Both the position numbers and the translations under genes were made by a program. A model generated the notes under the pieces. That model was not told where the DNA came from. It worked only from the letters and a program-made list of their open reading frames with translations, and ran no database searches. Shown here in pieces: positions 1 to 10,443 of a stretch of DNA of 39,694 nucleotides (positions are counted from its first letter, which is position 1; every line of letters begins with the position of its first letter). The stretch is from Basidioascus undulatus (taxonomy: Eukaryota), in the NCBI GenBank assembly GCA_000826855.1, contig JTLS01000034.1:1-39694 (forward strand), written 5' to 3'.

Positions 1-70
1 CTGCGGTCCCAAATATACCTCTCCCTCCCCCCTTCCTTACTGACCGCTCTGTATGCATGTGTGTATACAG

Positions 71-232
71 GGCGACCTCCTCTACGTCGTACTCGAGTCT
101 GACATCATCCAGCCCGTCGCGAGCGCCTCCTCCTCCGATGACGCCGCGGAGCTCGCCGAGGCGCTCCTCCTAGCGCGCTCCGAGCGCGGCGAGCTCGGCT
201 GGGTGTCGAGCCGCTTCTTGTGCCCGCTGTAA
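71..232 (+). CDS. Last exon of an SH3-domain-containing protein (gene starts upstream of the window)
   Basis: Branch site TACTGAC (~38-44) and CAG acceptor ending at 70, then an open frame GDLLYVVLESD...ARSERGELGWVSSRFLCPL* ending TAA 230-232. The GD-x-x-x-V ... G-x-x-GWV pattern is typical of the second half of an SH3 domain. Confidence 0.6.
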   Translation, partial: GDLLYVVLESDIIQPVASASSSDDAAELAEALLLARSERGELGWVSSRFLCPL

Positions 233-3200
233 ATCGAACTCCGAACACCCGAACCGAACACTTCAATAATATCCACACTCGACCACAAATACCATTTTAC
301 CTTCTCACGCGCCCGGCCATTTAACCTCCTTTCGTCCCCTTCTCTTCATTGGGCTTCCGACCTGCCGGGCCAGGGACTTTCCCCGCTTACCCCTCAGTCC
401 TTTTCCTTGCTCCTCTTTTGACGTTTACCGGTCGTACCCAGACGTTGTTTCAATTGTCGCTACTATTGCCTTGCCTTTCCTTTCCTGCCTCTTGTGTTCT
501 CCGCATATCGTTTACAGTTCTTCGCATCGTTCCATATGCTCTGCCCAGACCACTGTATCACCCCACTGCCAACTTCATTGCTTCTTCCCCGCCGGTCTGT
601 ACTCTGCCTTGGTTAGTTAAACTTGATATATTTCACTCGCTTCGATGGTTGTCTGCCAATTTCCTGGCTGATATCTTGGTTGGCTTGCTTGCTGGGTGGT
701 CTTCAGTAGCTGGTTAAGGGCTGGAACTTTTTGAGGCGAGCGCCGATGAAAGGCTGAGGACTGTCGGAAAGAGGTTGAGAAGCCATGGCGCTCTCAGCAA
801 TCCGAGCTGGTAGAAAACACGGCAATTCCCGAGCGGGCGAGCACAGAGGTCCAGTCGCGGCATTCCCGCCAGCACTGGTCGCGAAGAGCTATTCCGCGTG
901 CACCGAGGTTGGCGCTCTGCTGTACGGCCCATCCAGTCACCGGCATCGATCCATAGAAAGTCCACCTTGCGGTCTTCGGGACGTAGGTAGACCGCGCGCA
1001 GCTTCGGAAAGTAGAGATGGTCGAAGAAGTCAGCTACCGTGGAGCGCTGGTTCGGGACGTCGTCGTCACCCAAGGAGCGAGACTCTCGAATCGGGCGTGT
1101 ATCTCGATCGGGTTGAGGGTCCTCGGAAGTTTACAAACTCGCTTATTGACATTCATTCATCACGCACCTGTATGCCTTTGTTGGTATAGATAGCCAACAT
1201 GTTCAACGTAAGCCCCGCTTTACAAGAAGGTAACTTGAAGGAAAAAGAGAAATCTGTTAGAAAACCGGGTTGGGACACTGTTTCGCCACATTCGGTGCCT
1301 CTGTGAATTGTGGTACGAAAGATGCGGCGACGCGGATGCACAGCTTGCCGGCTGGCATGCACTCCATCGTCTGTGCGGTTTGAGAGGAGATACATACCCC
1401 CAAGATTAGTATTGCAATATCTAAATCACATACTTGATTACCAATATTGTTCCGAAGGCGAGTTTCGTATGAAGTCCACAGCGTTCAGGACGTTGCTATC
1501 TGTCCTCTACTCTTCTCCACGCTTTTCTCACGCCTAATCTGGCAATCTGCCCTTCTGGCGGCACGCTGAGCGAACGAAGTAGTTCGGTGTGTCTGCGATC
1601 CCTCTCTCCCACGCACTGCTCGACCGACGCCCACACGACCACAGCGTTTTCCGCTGCGGACCCCCCTCGGACCTGGACGCTCGATGACGACGAGCGGTAC
1701 TAGTAGGTGAGATACCCGGGATACCAGAAGTGGTCTTTTCAGGTCGACTGGACGATCTTTGTCTACTTCTTATTATGTGCGCGCCGTGCAGCCGTCTTGA
1801 ATGCCCCGCCGGACCCGCGGCGCAAGGAGATGCTCGTTCGACTTACTCAGGATATTGCGTTCTTCCCTGAGTATTACTAGTAATTATTATGGTATCCCTT
1901 TGAGGTTGTGTGAGTATGGATGGGTAGGTTGTGCACCGGTAGTCCTTCATTACCGCCGCGAGGCCTGCGCCACCGCGCTGGCTCAGGAACGGATCAGCGA
2001 AGAGCAAGATGATCCTTGGACCGTCGCTCTCTCCTCCAATTTGCCCTTTGCGGCTGCGCCTCGCACTCTTTGTCTTCACCTGCTCCTTCCTCTCATCAGT
2101 TTTCTTCTCTATCCTCCCGCAATTTGACCGTCGAGGAAGAAATTAAGCTGAACCAACATTCGTTACACTCCTGGACCCAGCAGGCTTGTCTCACAAATTT
2201 CGCCGCCGTCTTCCGATACAGCCTGACTGACTACCCTGTTTAAATATGTTTGATCGCGGAAAGTTCTTGTCGAGTGGATAGGCGATAAGATGATGGCACG
2301 GGGGGTAAATACTACCCTGAATGAGCACTTATGAAAGAGGTGAAGGATGCGGGGCCAGGGATTGCATAGCTTCGTCGAGGCGACGTAGTTCCCTGTAGTT
2401 AACGTATGAGCCAATGAATGTTGGTGTACAAAAACACCTTGAATCAAGCCGGCTGACTTGGCTGTGGTAAAATAGTGCCTAATTTGTGGTTTACCATTTC
2501 AACACTTTGCTTAAGGCGTGCGAAGGCGTTCAACTCTGAAGGGGGTGTCCTGAGAGGCGTGTGCCGAACACCGCGGCAGTACAGTCCTATCAGCGCTGTC
2601 TGCGGGACTTGAGAGATACAATACCGCGCCCTTAGAGAGTTCGTGCGTGGGTACCACAGTAATTATTCCTTCCATAGTCATCCAGCATTTTCAAACGGTC
2701 CTGAGGACGCGGTCCCTAAGCCCAACATGGCTGGACCGGCATCGTTCTGTGGTAGTCTTCCTGGAGTCTGCAGCGCCTCTTCTCATCTGTCTTAGGGTTC
2801 CTGATTTCATGATTGATACATACCTTTTGATAACTTAAAGTGTGGCACCTAGTGTAGGAGAAGACCAGACAATGCAAACCAGCGGGTGTACCAAAGCTCT
2901 TGAATGCAACACCGTCGGAGCTTCGCTGCCCATTGCCTGTACGGAATGCGTAAGCAGATGTCCTGAAGGAACCCCTATCGATCAACTGTAACAGAGGCAT
3001 GAGGAAGTCAGGGCTTGGTTGACCGGATGTCCTTCCTCGCTTCTTGACAGTCGCACCGCTGAATTGGTGGTAGCTTATGCAAGCCTTGCGCAGTCAACAG
3101 TCAACAAAAATAAAGCACTCCCGACCGCCGTGAGCCGCGCTGAGACGCCGTTCTCGCTTGCTGATTGATCATTGATGGCATCTACGTTGATCTACACACT

Positions 3201-3303
3201 CTAAAGCCATCCGGCGGCAACGACGAAGGCAGCCGCACGCGGAGTTTTGCTGAGCACGTCATGAAGAGGTGTAAGCCGTGTCGGCGGCCTTTCGGTTCGT
3301 CTT

Positions 3304-3309
3304 TATAAG
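3304..3309 (+). promoter_or_regulatory. Putative TATA box of the oxidoreductase gene
   Basis: TATAAG about 80 nt upstream of ATG 3385, followed by a pyrimidine-rich tract. Confidence 0.35.
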
Positions 3310-3384
3310 CCGCCTTTCACCCACACCCACTCTTCTTCCACCTCAAAATTACTGCTCATAGACCATCACTATTTCTGAAACGAC

Positions 3385-4827
3385 ATGAAGGCCGTTTACG
3401 TTACCGACTCGAACGCGGTCCTCAAGGACGACGTCGAGGTACCTGTCCCCGCCGACGGCGAGGTGCTCATCCGGAACGTTGTCGTTGCGAGCAACCCGAA
3501 AGTCTGTCCGTGTGGGCCTTAATGCTGCTTGTAAAAAGCACTCATCAGTTTGAATATTCACACAGGACTACAAGGTTCCTAGGTTTTTTGCGGAGTGGGA
3601 GGGCATTGAAGGTGCAGTGGCATTCTTTGCACGGCTTGTTGCCATCAGCGATCACCTTCATTGACCCTTACTTCACCTCCCTTTACCGTAGGGAACGATG
3701 TTGCCGGATACATTGAGGCTGTCGGCGCATGTGTTACCGAGTTCAAGAAGGCTGACAAGGCATGTATCCTTCACGCTGTGGTCTTCTCTAGTCTTCTCGG
3801 AGCTTACAGCGTCGTCCCCTTTCATGCAATTTCTGCAATTCAGGTCGCCGCATTCTCCAAGATGTTCACCGCCCAAAAGTACGGCGCCTACGCCGAGTAC
3901 ACCGTCGCGCCCGGTTCGTGTTCTCGTGCCTGTCATGCAAGCTCACCCTCTTCCTCTGACTCTTCCCCGTGCTGCCAGCTTCCACCACGTTTCCCCTGGG
4001 CCCCAAAACGTCCTTCGAAGACGCAGCGACCCTTCCCCTCGCCGTCATGACCGCCGGAATCGGCCTGTTCGTGAGGCTCGGCTTTCCCGAACCGGACGAG
4101 AGCGGCGAGCGCCGCGAGGTCGCAGATCCGGAGCCGGTCGTCATCTGGGGCGCGAGCAGCAGCGTGGGTAGTTTTGCCGTACAGTTGGCCAAGAAGGCCG
4201 GCCTGTTTGTGTGAGTCTCGAATGTCAGTTCCATAGCGCAGAAACGCGGCCTGCTGAATTGCGTGTCGCAACAGCATCGCCATCGCCGGCGCCGGCAAGG
4301 CCCTTCCCGAGCGTCTCGGCGCGGACGTGATCATCGACTACCGCACGACCACGGACGTCGAGTCCGCCGTGCACGCGGCCGTGCCCAAGGGCAAGATCCT
4401 GACCCGGGTCTACGACGCCGTCTCCACTTCCTCAACCATCAACACCTTCGGCCGCATTCTCTCCTCTTCCGGCGGGGTCATCACCACCGTTCTCAACCTC
4501 CCCAATGGCGTCTCGTTGCCCGACAACGTCAAGATCGACCAGACCAATGTGGCCACGGCGTACGGCGCCGACGAAGTGTTCGCGAGCACGCTCTACCGCT
4601 TCCTTGGCCGCTGGCTCGAGGAGGGCAAGTTCGAGGGCAACAAGCCGCGGGTGATGCCGAATGGGTTGTCCAGTGTTCCGGAGGGTCTGAAACTGCTTGA
4701 GAAGGGGAAAGTTTCGGCGGAGAAGCTTGTCTGTGAGTTGGCTGAGTGAGCTTTTGATATGCCCCACGACGACTGCTGACCTCTCTCCTGCACTGCAGAC
4801 CGCATCGCAGAGACCCCCGGAATTTAA
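3385..4827 (+). CDS. MDR-superfamily (GroES-like/NAD(P)-binding) oxidoreductase, enoyl-reductase-like, multi-exon
   Basis: Spliced translation MKAVYVTDSNAVLKDDVEVPVPADGEVLIRNVVVASNPKDYK...EGNDVAGYIEAVG...GAYAEYTVAP...SFEDAATLPLAVMTA...VVIWGASSSVGSFAVQLAK...GKVSAEKLVYRIAETPGI*. Contains the Rossmann motif WGASSSVG and lacks catalytic-Zn Cys ligands. One intron (3760-3843) is GC-AG. Confidence 0.9.
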
Positions 4828-5908
4828 TTCGTTATTCTGTCATTCAATTTTGAGCGCACATGGAGCATCTCCGCCTCGCAAAACATTCGGTATTGTGGTG
4901 GTTGCGTGTGTGTCGGTCACGTATTGACTGCGACTGCGACGCTGTGGTTCTGCGCATCGTAAGACGACCAATTGCTAGCCGGTTTTGTACTTACGCATGT
5001 AACAATCAAACGCACTCCAGCGAGCATCTCGTGGCCTCGGTGGCGGAAGGGAAGTACTCACGCACCAGCACGTCGATGCCCAGCTCGCCTAGTGACTCAA
5101 GTCTGTCTGCGAGCTTGCTGATCGGCCTATTTAAGGGAGCGATGTTCCCTGAGGGCCCCATGAGAATGTCTATGAGGACGTACGTACTGCTCGTCATGAC
5201 CTCGAGATCGAGAGCGGGCCCTACGTTCGAGTACTCCCGGAATGCGCTGCTGACTACGCAGCCAGTGACATCCCACGTAGAGGTACGCCTAAAGAGCCAC
5301 AGACATCAGCATCTTAATACAAGGAACCTCTCCCCGTCTGCCTTCGCAGTGAACAGGCAGCCCGGCGGTACCCGCAGTACGTCCACCGCGCGCCGCATGA
5401 GTTGCCTAAGGGCGGACATATGCGCCGGCTTTATTTCATTCCTAAGCGTAGTGGGGGTGCCCAGTGATGACGCCACGCAGGCAAGTGCCCCTCGTCCAGG
5501 CTGTCCACCCTTTTGCCTGCGTGGCCGAGGTCAACCACCATTGCAAGTGTTATGCAATATTTGTTCGGGAGGCGCCCTGATCCCCGACCCAAGAGCGCTG
5601 CCACATTGGACATGTCTATCTGTTTCCCAAGCAATGCGCGTTCGCAATGGTGAGAGGCTTCTACCAAATTCTTTTGAATAGCACCGGTCCCAGCTGGCTG
5701 TTGGGGAACTAGGCGAACATGATACTCATGAATGCACATCAGTCGTCATGGAGGCATTTTAGGAACTCAGTTTACTCGTTCGGGCTCCCTCCCTTCAACG
5801 TCTCAACCTCTCCTCATCGTGCCATCCGCTGTGTCCTTCAATAGCACGCTTCCTCCCATACCTTCTTTGTCCAACTTCCCGGGTTGCGTTACAATCACTA
5901 CCTTCATA

Positions 5909-6423
5909 ATGACCCTACTCCTGCTCTGCATTGCTATCTCGACCGCGGTTGCACGCCCCCAACCCAAGATTCGCCGTCCAGCGACTTCGCATACTCTTCA
6001 CAGTATCAAACTTGCCAAATTCTGGGATATTCAGTGGAAGAGGCTTACGAAGTCAGTACACACCGGACTCTTCATCTATTCCGCATTTCGTTGTTACTAA
6101 CGTGGTTCAAGCGCCTTCAGTGTTTGGATGTGACGAACGAGGTCGAGGCATGCGGCGGATGCCCGTACAACGACGAGCCCTCTGGACAAGATTGTACGAC
6201 CATCAAGAACGTTCGAGCTGTATAGTGCAGTTCAGGCCCGTGCGAGGTCCATTGCAAGGCGGGCTGGATGCCAAATACAGAGGGCGAAATGCGTGAGGGA
6301 CGCGAGTGTAAGTACACTGCCCTTCTCAGTTAGACGACCGTTCACAACGTTTGGATGTACTCTGACTTAAGCTGCATTGGGGGCGTATGCAGGACTGGCC
6401 GCGTCTGTGACGGAATATACTGA
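5909..6423 (+). pseudogene. Degenerate small secreted Cys-rich protein of PriA/CPL1-like type
   Basis: Signal-peptide-like MTLLLLCIAISTAVARP lies in one frame. QTCQILG...AYE|CLDVTNEVEACGGCP...GQDCTTIKNVRAV*CSSGPCEVHCKAGW lies in another, with a canonical intron at 6052-6120 and an in-frame TAG at 6223-6225. The 3' boundary is approximate. Confidence 0.6.
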
Positions 6424-7052
6424 ACCTCGCTGAACGGCAGTCGCCTCCATCGCTTCGCTTCTTGCAAAGCGTTCAGCCGTTTCTTTGTTCAATGAACATT
6501 CCTACACCCACCTCACTTATTATGCTTTCGTGGATCTGCTACCGTCGACAGTCCTTCAGAGTGACACTCAGCGGCCGCGCCCACCTCTTGCACCCCCTTT
6601 TGCACACTCACACACGTCTCGAACTGGGGTTGTACGCGTAGACGGGGCTGCGGATCTCTGACGCTTCCAAAGACATACGAGAGCATGCATCTGCCCCTTC
6701 TTACACCCTATAATAATTGCTCGTGAGGACTCTGAAAAAGAAGAAGTAACACCAACTGACACCGAATCAGCCTACTCCTATCCCTACCTCGTAAACATGA
6801 TTGGCGGTTACTCTACACTTTGCTTAAAGTCCATTTCCCAGAAGCGTGGCTTGGAGGCCTTGTTCGCCGCTGGAGTGCACGCCGATCGTTTGAGGACCTC
6901 CCAAATGTCGTCATTTCGCCGCAGGCCTCATGACCGTTTCCACACCCTGCCACTTGTCTCCTCAACTTCCTACCCTTTCCTGCCAGCACTCCTTGATCGT
7001 TTATCACCATCAACACCCTTAACTCCTTCACAGCAAAGAGTAGGCAGTAGAC

Positions 7053-8547
7053 ATGGACTTCATCTATAAGGTAAGTGCCCTAGGCGGCTTCACACTGTCG
7101 CCATATGTACAGCGGGGGCTGGGAGGAGTGGGGAGGCTATGTCTGGAAGCTGGACGTTCCGGCACTGACATATCCTTCACATCCAAGCCCCTCACCGCTC
7201 CTCCTCATCCACCGCCCCCGACCGCCACCAGCATCCCCGGCGGAGACGATCCAATCGGCGTCCCTCGGCCGGTAGACACATACCTTCACCCCACCCCACT
7301 CGGGCACCGTACGTCGCATGCCCTGGTCTCTCCCTTTCTCTGGTCCCTCTTTCCAACGAAGTAGACAAACTGAGACTATGGAGCAATTCAGTGGTGTTGT
7401 GGGTTGTGTTTGCCATTTTCACGGTCGCGACAGCCTCCATCGGGTTGTTCGCTTTTCGAGTCGAGAAGCGTCGCCGGGCTTTCCATTTGATTACCGGTGT
7501 CGTACGTTACTCTCTGCAGACTGCTAATCTGAAGCTTACCTTTCATCATCGTTATCCGTCAAGGTAACCGGCATCGCCGCGCTCTCGTACCTCGCTCTCG
7601 CGCAGAACCTATTCGTGATCTACACTCCCGCGCCTGGAGCGCACCACGCGCCGAGGGGGGGCCACACGTTCCGGCCGATCTACACGCCGCGCTTTGTCGA
7701 CTGGGCACTTACGACCCCGCTGCTCGTGCTCGACCTCGCGCTGCTCGCAGGGCTGCCCTGGCTCGACACTGTCTTCTACCTAATTGCCGACGAGGCGATG
7801 ATTTGGACTGGGTTCATCGCAGCTGTGCACCTGAGAATGTCGTAAGTCATTTGTCTTGGAAGTGCTTACGCCGCGTGACACAGGAGAACGGCTCTCGAGC
7901 TGAGGCCGAGAATTGAACAGGTTCACCTGGGTCTGGTACGCTATCAGCTGCGTGTTCTTCCTCCACGTTCTGTACGGCTTGGTCATCGAGGGCAACAAGG
8001 GTGAGTTGTCATCCGTTCCGGTAGGGCTCGTTCTCCACGGCCGACTCCACTTTTCACGTCTAGTCGCCCGCCTGCAATCCAACCAGATCTCTAGGCTGTA
8101 CCACCCGCTCTCCACACTCACTGTGCTCCTCTGGCTGGCGTACCCTGTCGTTTTTGCCCTCGGCGTAGGCACCGGAATCATCCCGTCCGTTCCTACCTTC
8201 CCTCTTATCTCGTCTTCGCGGCACTCATTCTTTCTATGTTGTGACGCAGTCTGGACGTCGAAGTCATACTCTATGCGGTTTTGGACGTCTCCGCCAAAGC
8301 CGGGTTCGGAGCATGGCTGCTTCTCCAGCATGGGCAGGTCGAGCAGGACGAGCACGCGGCTGTGTTGCCCGACAGCTGGGTCGAGCCGAGGGGCAGCCAG
8401 GGCGGGTACGGGGCGATCTTGGGGGTGCGTTGGGCTGTCTCCTTATCGACTTTTCTTGCGCTGCGTTGCTGCGTTCCCTAACAGGATGGACGGCTAACGC
8501 TGAACAACGGCTTTCCGCTCTCACAGGAGGGACCGGCGCATGAGTAA
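7053..8547 (+). CDS. Microbial (type I) rhodopsin / fungal opsin, DTD motif, retinal-binding Lys present
   Basis: Eight exons (7053-7070, 7188-7308, 7392-7501, 7564-7841, 7921-8000, 8064-8184, 8250-8424, 8527-8547). Helix C RFVDWALTTPLLVLD matches bacteriorhodopsin R82/D85/W86/T89/D96. Helix D is ADEAMIWTG and helix F is LWLAYPVV. Helix G LDVSAKAGFG carries D212/K216, with the Lys codon at 8296-8298. Confidence 0.95.
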
Positions 8548-8995
8548 CCAATCGAGCAAGATCCCCAGCCAGCCAGACTTTCTCCTCCACCCTACTAGTA
8601 GTTATCCCTGAGCATCCATCGCCTCTTGTTACGTTCCATCTCACCCATCATGTTTCCATGATACGAACTCTCCGATGGACCCATGGACATCTTAAAACCG
8701 CAGATTTCCCTGCAGCACGACCAAACAATGTCATGACCCAATGAACAGTCCCATATCATTTCCCCGGAGTGTGTCTCGACTGGTTCTTTGAGCTGTGTGT
8801 CGCAGCCTGCGCCCGACGTCAGAAAGGACTTGACGAACACGAAGCTTGTTGCCACCAGGCCTGCCTCAACTGATTTCAACACCGGCTATGCATCCCATTC
8901 TTGCCCACCACTCCCACCTCCTGTAGCACGAGACCAGTACGGGCGTAATTCATACTTGAAGCTATCGAAGGTGGACAGGTCGTGAAAGCTGCAAG

Positions 8996-10283
8996 GGTGC
9001 CATTGCACTCGCACCGCCGTATAGCGCAAAACTCGGACCCGAGCGGCCAGCCCCGGAGGCGGGGCACGCGCTCGGCGCCGATCCATGGCCCAGATCCGAG
9101 GTCTTAAGAGTACATTCGTCGAGACGGAGGGGAGACGGAATGAACGCGGGTTCGAAGAAATATGATAAGGAAAGATAGGACATTTGAAATGGGAAAGGAT
9201 AAAAAGGATTTAGGGGACTCGGGTCTCGATAGGGAGAGACGTTATCGAAGATAAAGGCGAGGAAGAAAATTCAGACTCTTGTGTTCGTTATGAGGAAGGA
9301 GATCCCGATACAAGTACAAATAAGAATCCAGGGAGACGTGGGCGGGGCTAGACGCGAAAAAATGCGGACTGAGCAGCGACTCAAGGCTAGTCAGTACGCA
9401 TTGGAAGCGCTCCAGGAGAAGCAAGGACGCCGCACCTGAGCAGCGACTCAAGTTGCCGGAAACGGTGCGGAGGGAAAGAGGCTGAGGCTGAAGGCGCCTG
9501 CCATGAAGACTACGTGAGCGGTTCGCTCGCTACGGATGTCCGCACGCGAACTCGCGGTCTGCTGCGCGAAGGTCGCCGGAGAGGAACAGGAAGAAGCGCG
9601 CAGACGGTGAGAAGATCTGCGCTGCAATGAGGCTCAGCCGACGCTATGAAAGCCCCTAGGAGGCAGCGACGCACGATAACACGATCAGGAAGGCTCCTGG
9701 GCTAGGATCGTGGAGGGAGGACTGATTGCGATGGTGCTATCGAGCGACGCAGCGTTAGCTCCTGCGTATGGAGGTGGCAACGACCGTGGAACGCACGGGA
9801 ACGAGCTGATAAATTCGCAAAAGCCAGGATGAAGCTCGAGTAGGCGGAGACGCAAGCTGAAGGACGGCTCAATCGTCAGCTATGCTGGCGATGGACGGGA
9901 AGGCCCGCTGCGCACCGGAAAAGACGAGGAAGTCGTCAAGAAAGAGAGCATCGCTGAGGCGCTGCGAATACGCTGCGAGCGTGCGAAGGACGGCGGACGT
10001 GGGACAAGGGCGATGAGGGCAAGTCATCTGACTCGCTCGCCTCGTCAGCGCCGCTCGCGCTGAATCCTGATCTGAAAGAAGCAGGATTACAATGAGCCAC
10101 AGCGTATGCAGGATGAATAGTCGCGACTCACCGGAGGCGGTGTAGAGTTGGGAAGAGCGCCCGCAGGCGAAGGAAGCTGGGTGAGGCCCGGAGGAGGCGA
10201 GCGGAGCTCGAGGTGTGGCGCTGCGGGCCGGGGGTCGACGGCTACTATTAGCAATGGCCTATTAATCGCAATAGCGATGAAAC
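8996..10283 (-). other. Multi-intron unit with no recognisable protein (spliced ncRNA, small-ORF gene or non-autonomous mobile element)
   Basis: Five canonical minus-strand introns (10131-10072, 9915-9857, 9796-9737, 9674-9622, 9435-9369) with branch sites. The track shows no ORF of 60 aa or more between 9451 and 10293. A T/C-rich tail and GC-rich hairpins lie at the 3' end. Boundaries are approximate. Confidence 0.5.
9369..9452. repeat. Perfect 17-bp direct repeat CTGAGCAGCGACTCAAG (9369-9385 and 9436-9452)
   Basis: Read directly from the sequence. Confidence 0.95.
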
Positions 10284-10443
10284 AATGATTGGATGCTGGT
10301 GGGAACCGTAAGTGGCGGCCGGAGGCTTGTCAGACGTGAAGTACCACTTGTTCCAGAAGAACATAACTACAAGCGCACAGTGTTTCCACTGCCCTGCTGC
10401 AGGTCTGCTCCAGAGCGTGCTTCACGAGAAGCTGGGGCATCTG

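Noticed and set aside
714..1073. 119-aa minus-strand ORF with an LRR-like HLYFPKLRAVYL segment
   Set aside because: No ATG start, no clear splice structure and no family-level motif. At most a gene remnant.
8996..9075. HDV-like ribozyme resemblance on the minus strand (GCCUCC...CUGGC...GGG...GCAAUGGCAC)
   Set aside because: P1 would be only 5 bp, L3 is too long, P2 is imperfect, and the supposed J4/2-P2 segment is better explained as its own GTGC-AATG-GCAC hairpin. An Infernal/RNArobo search would be needed to revive it.
9369..10131. Intronic snoRNA host gene explanation for the multi-intron unit
   Set aside because: The introns are only 53-67 nt, too short to hold snoRNAs, and I saw no C/D or H/ACA box pairs.
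10249..10279. Helitron 3' end (hairpin followed by CTAA on the minus strand)
   Set aside because: The stem is only 5 bp, and there is no matching 5' TC end or Rep/helicase remnant.
8922..10283. Solo LTR with TG...CA ends
   Set aside because: The flanks (CCTCC vs ATGAT) give no target-site duplication, and there is no convincing terminal inverted repeat, PBS or correctly placed PPT.
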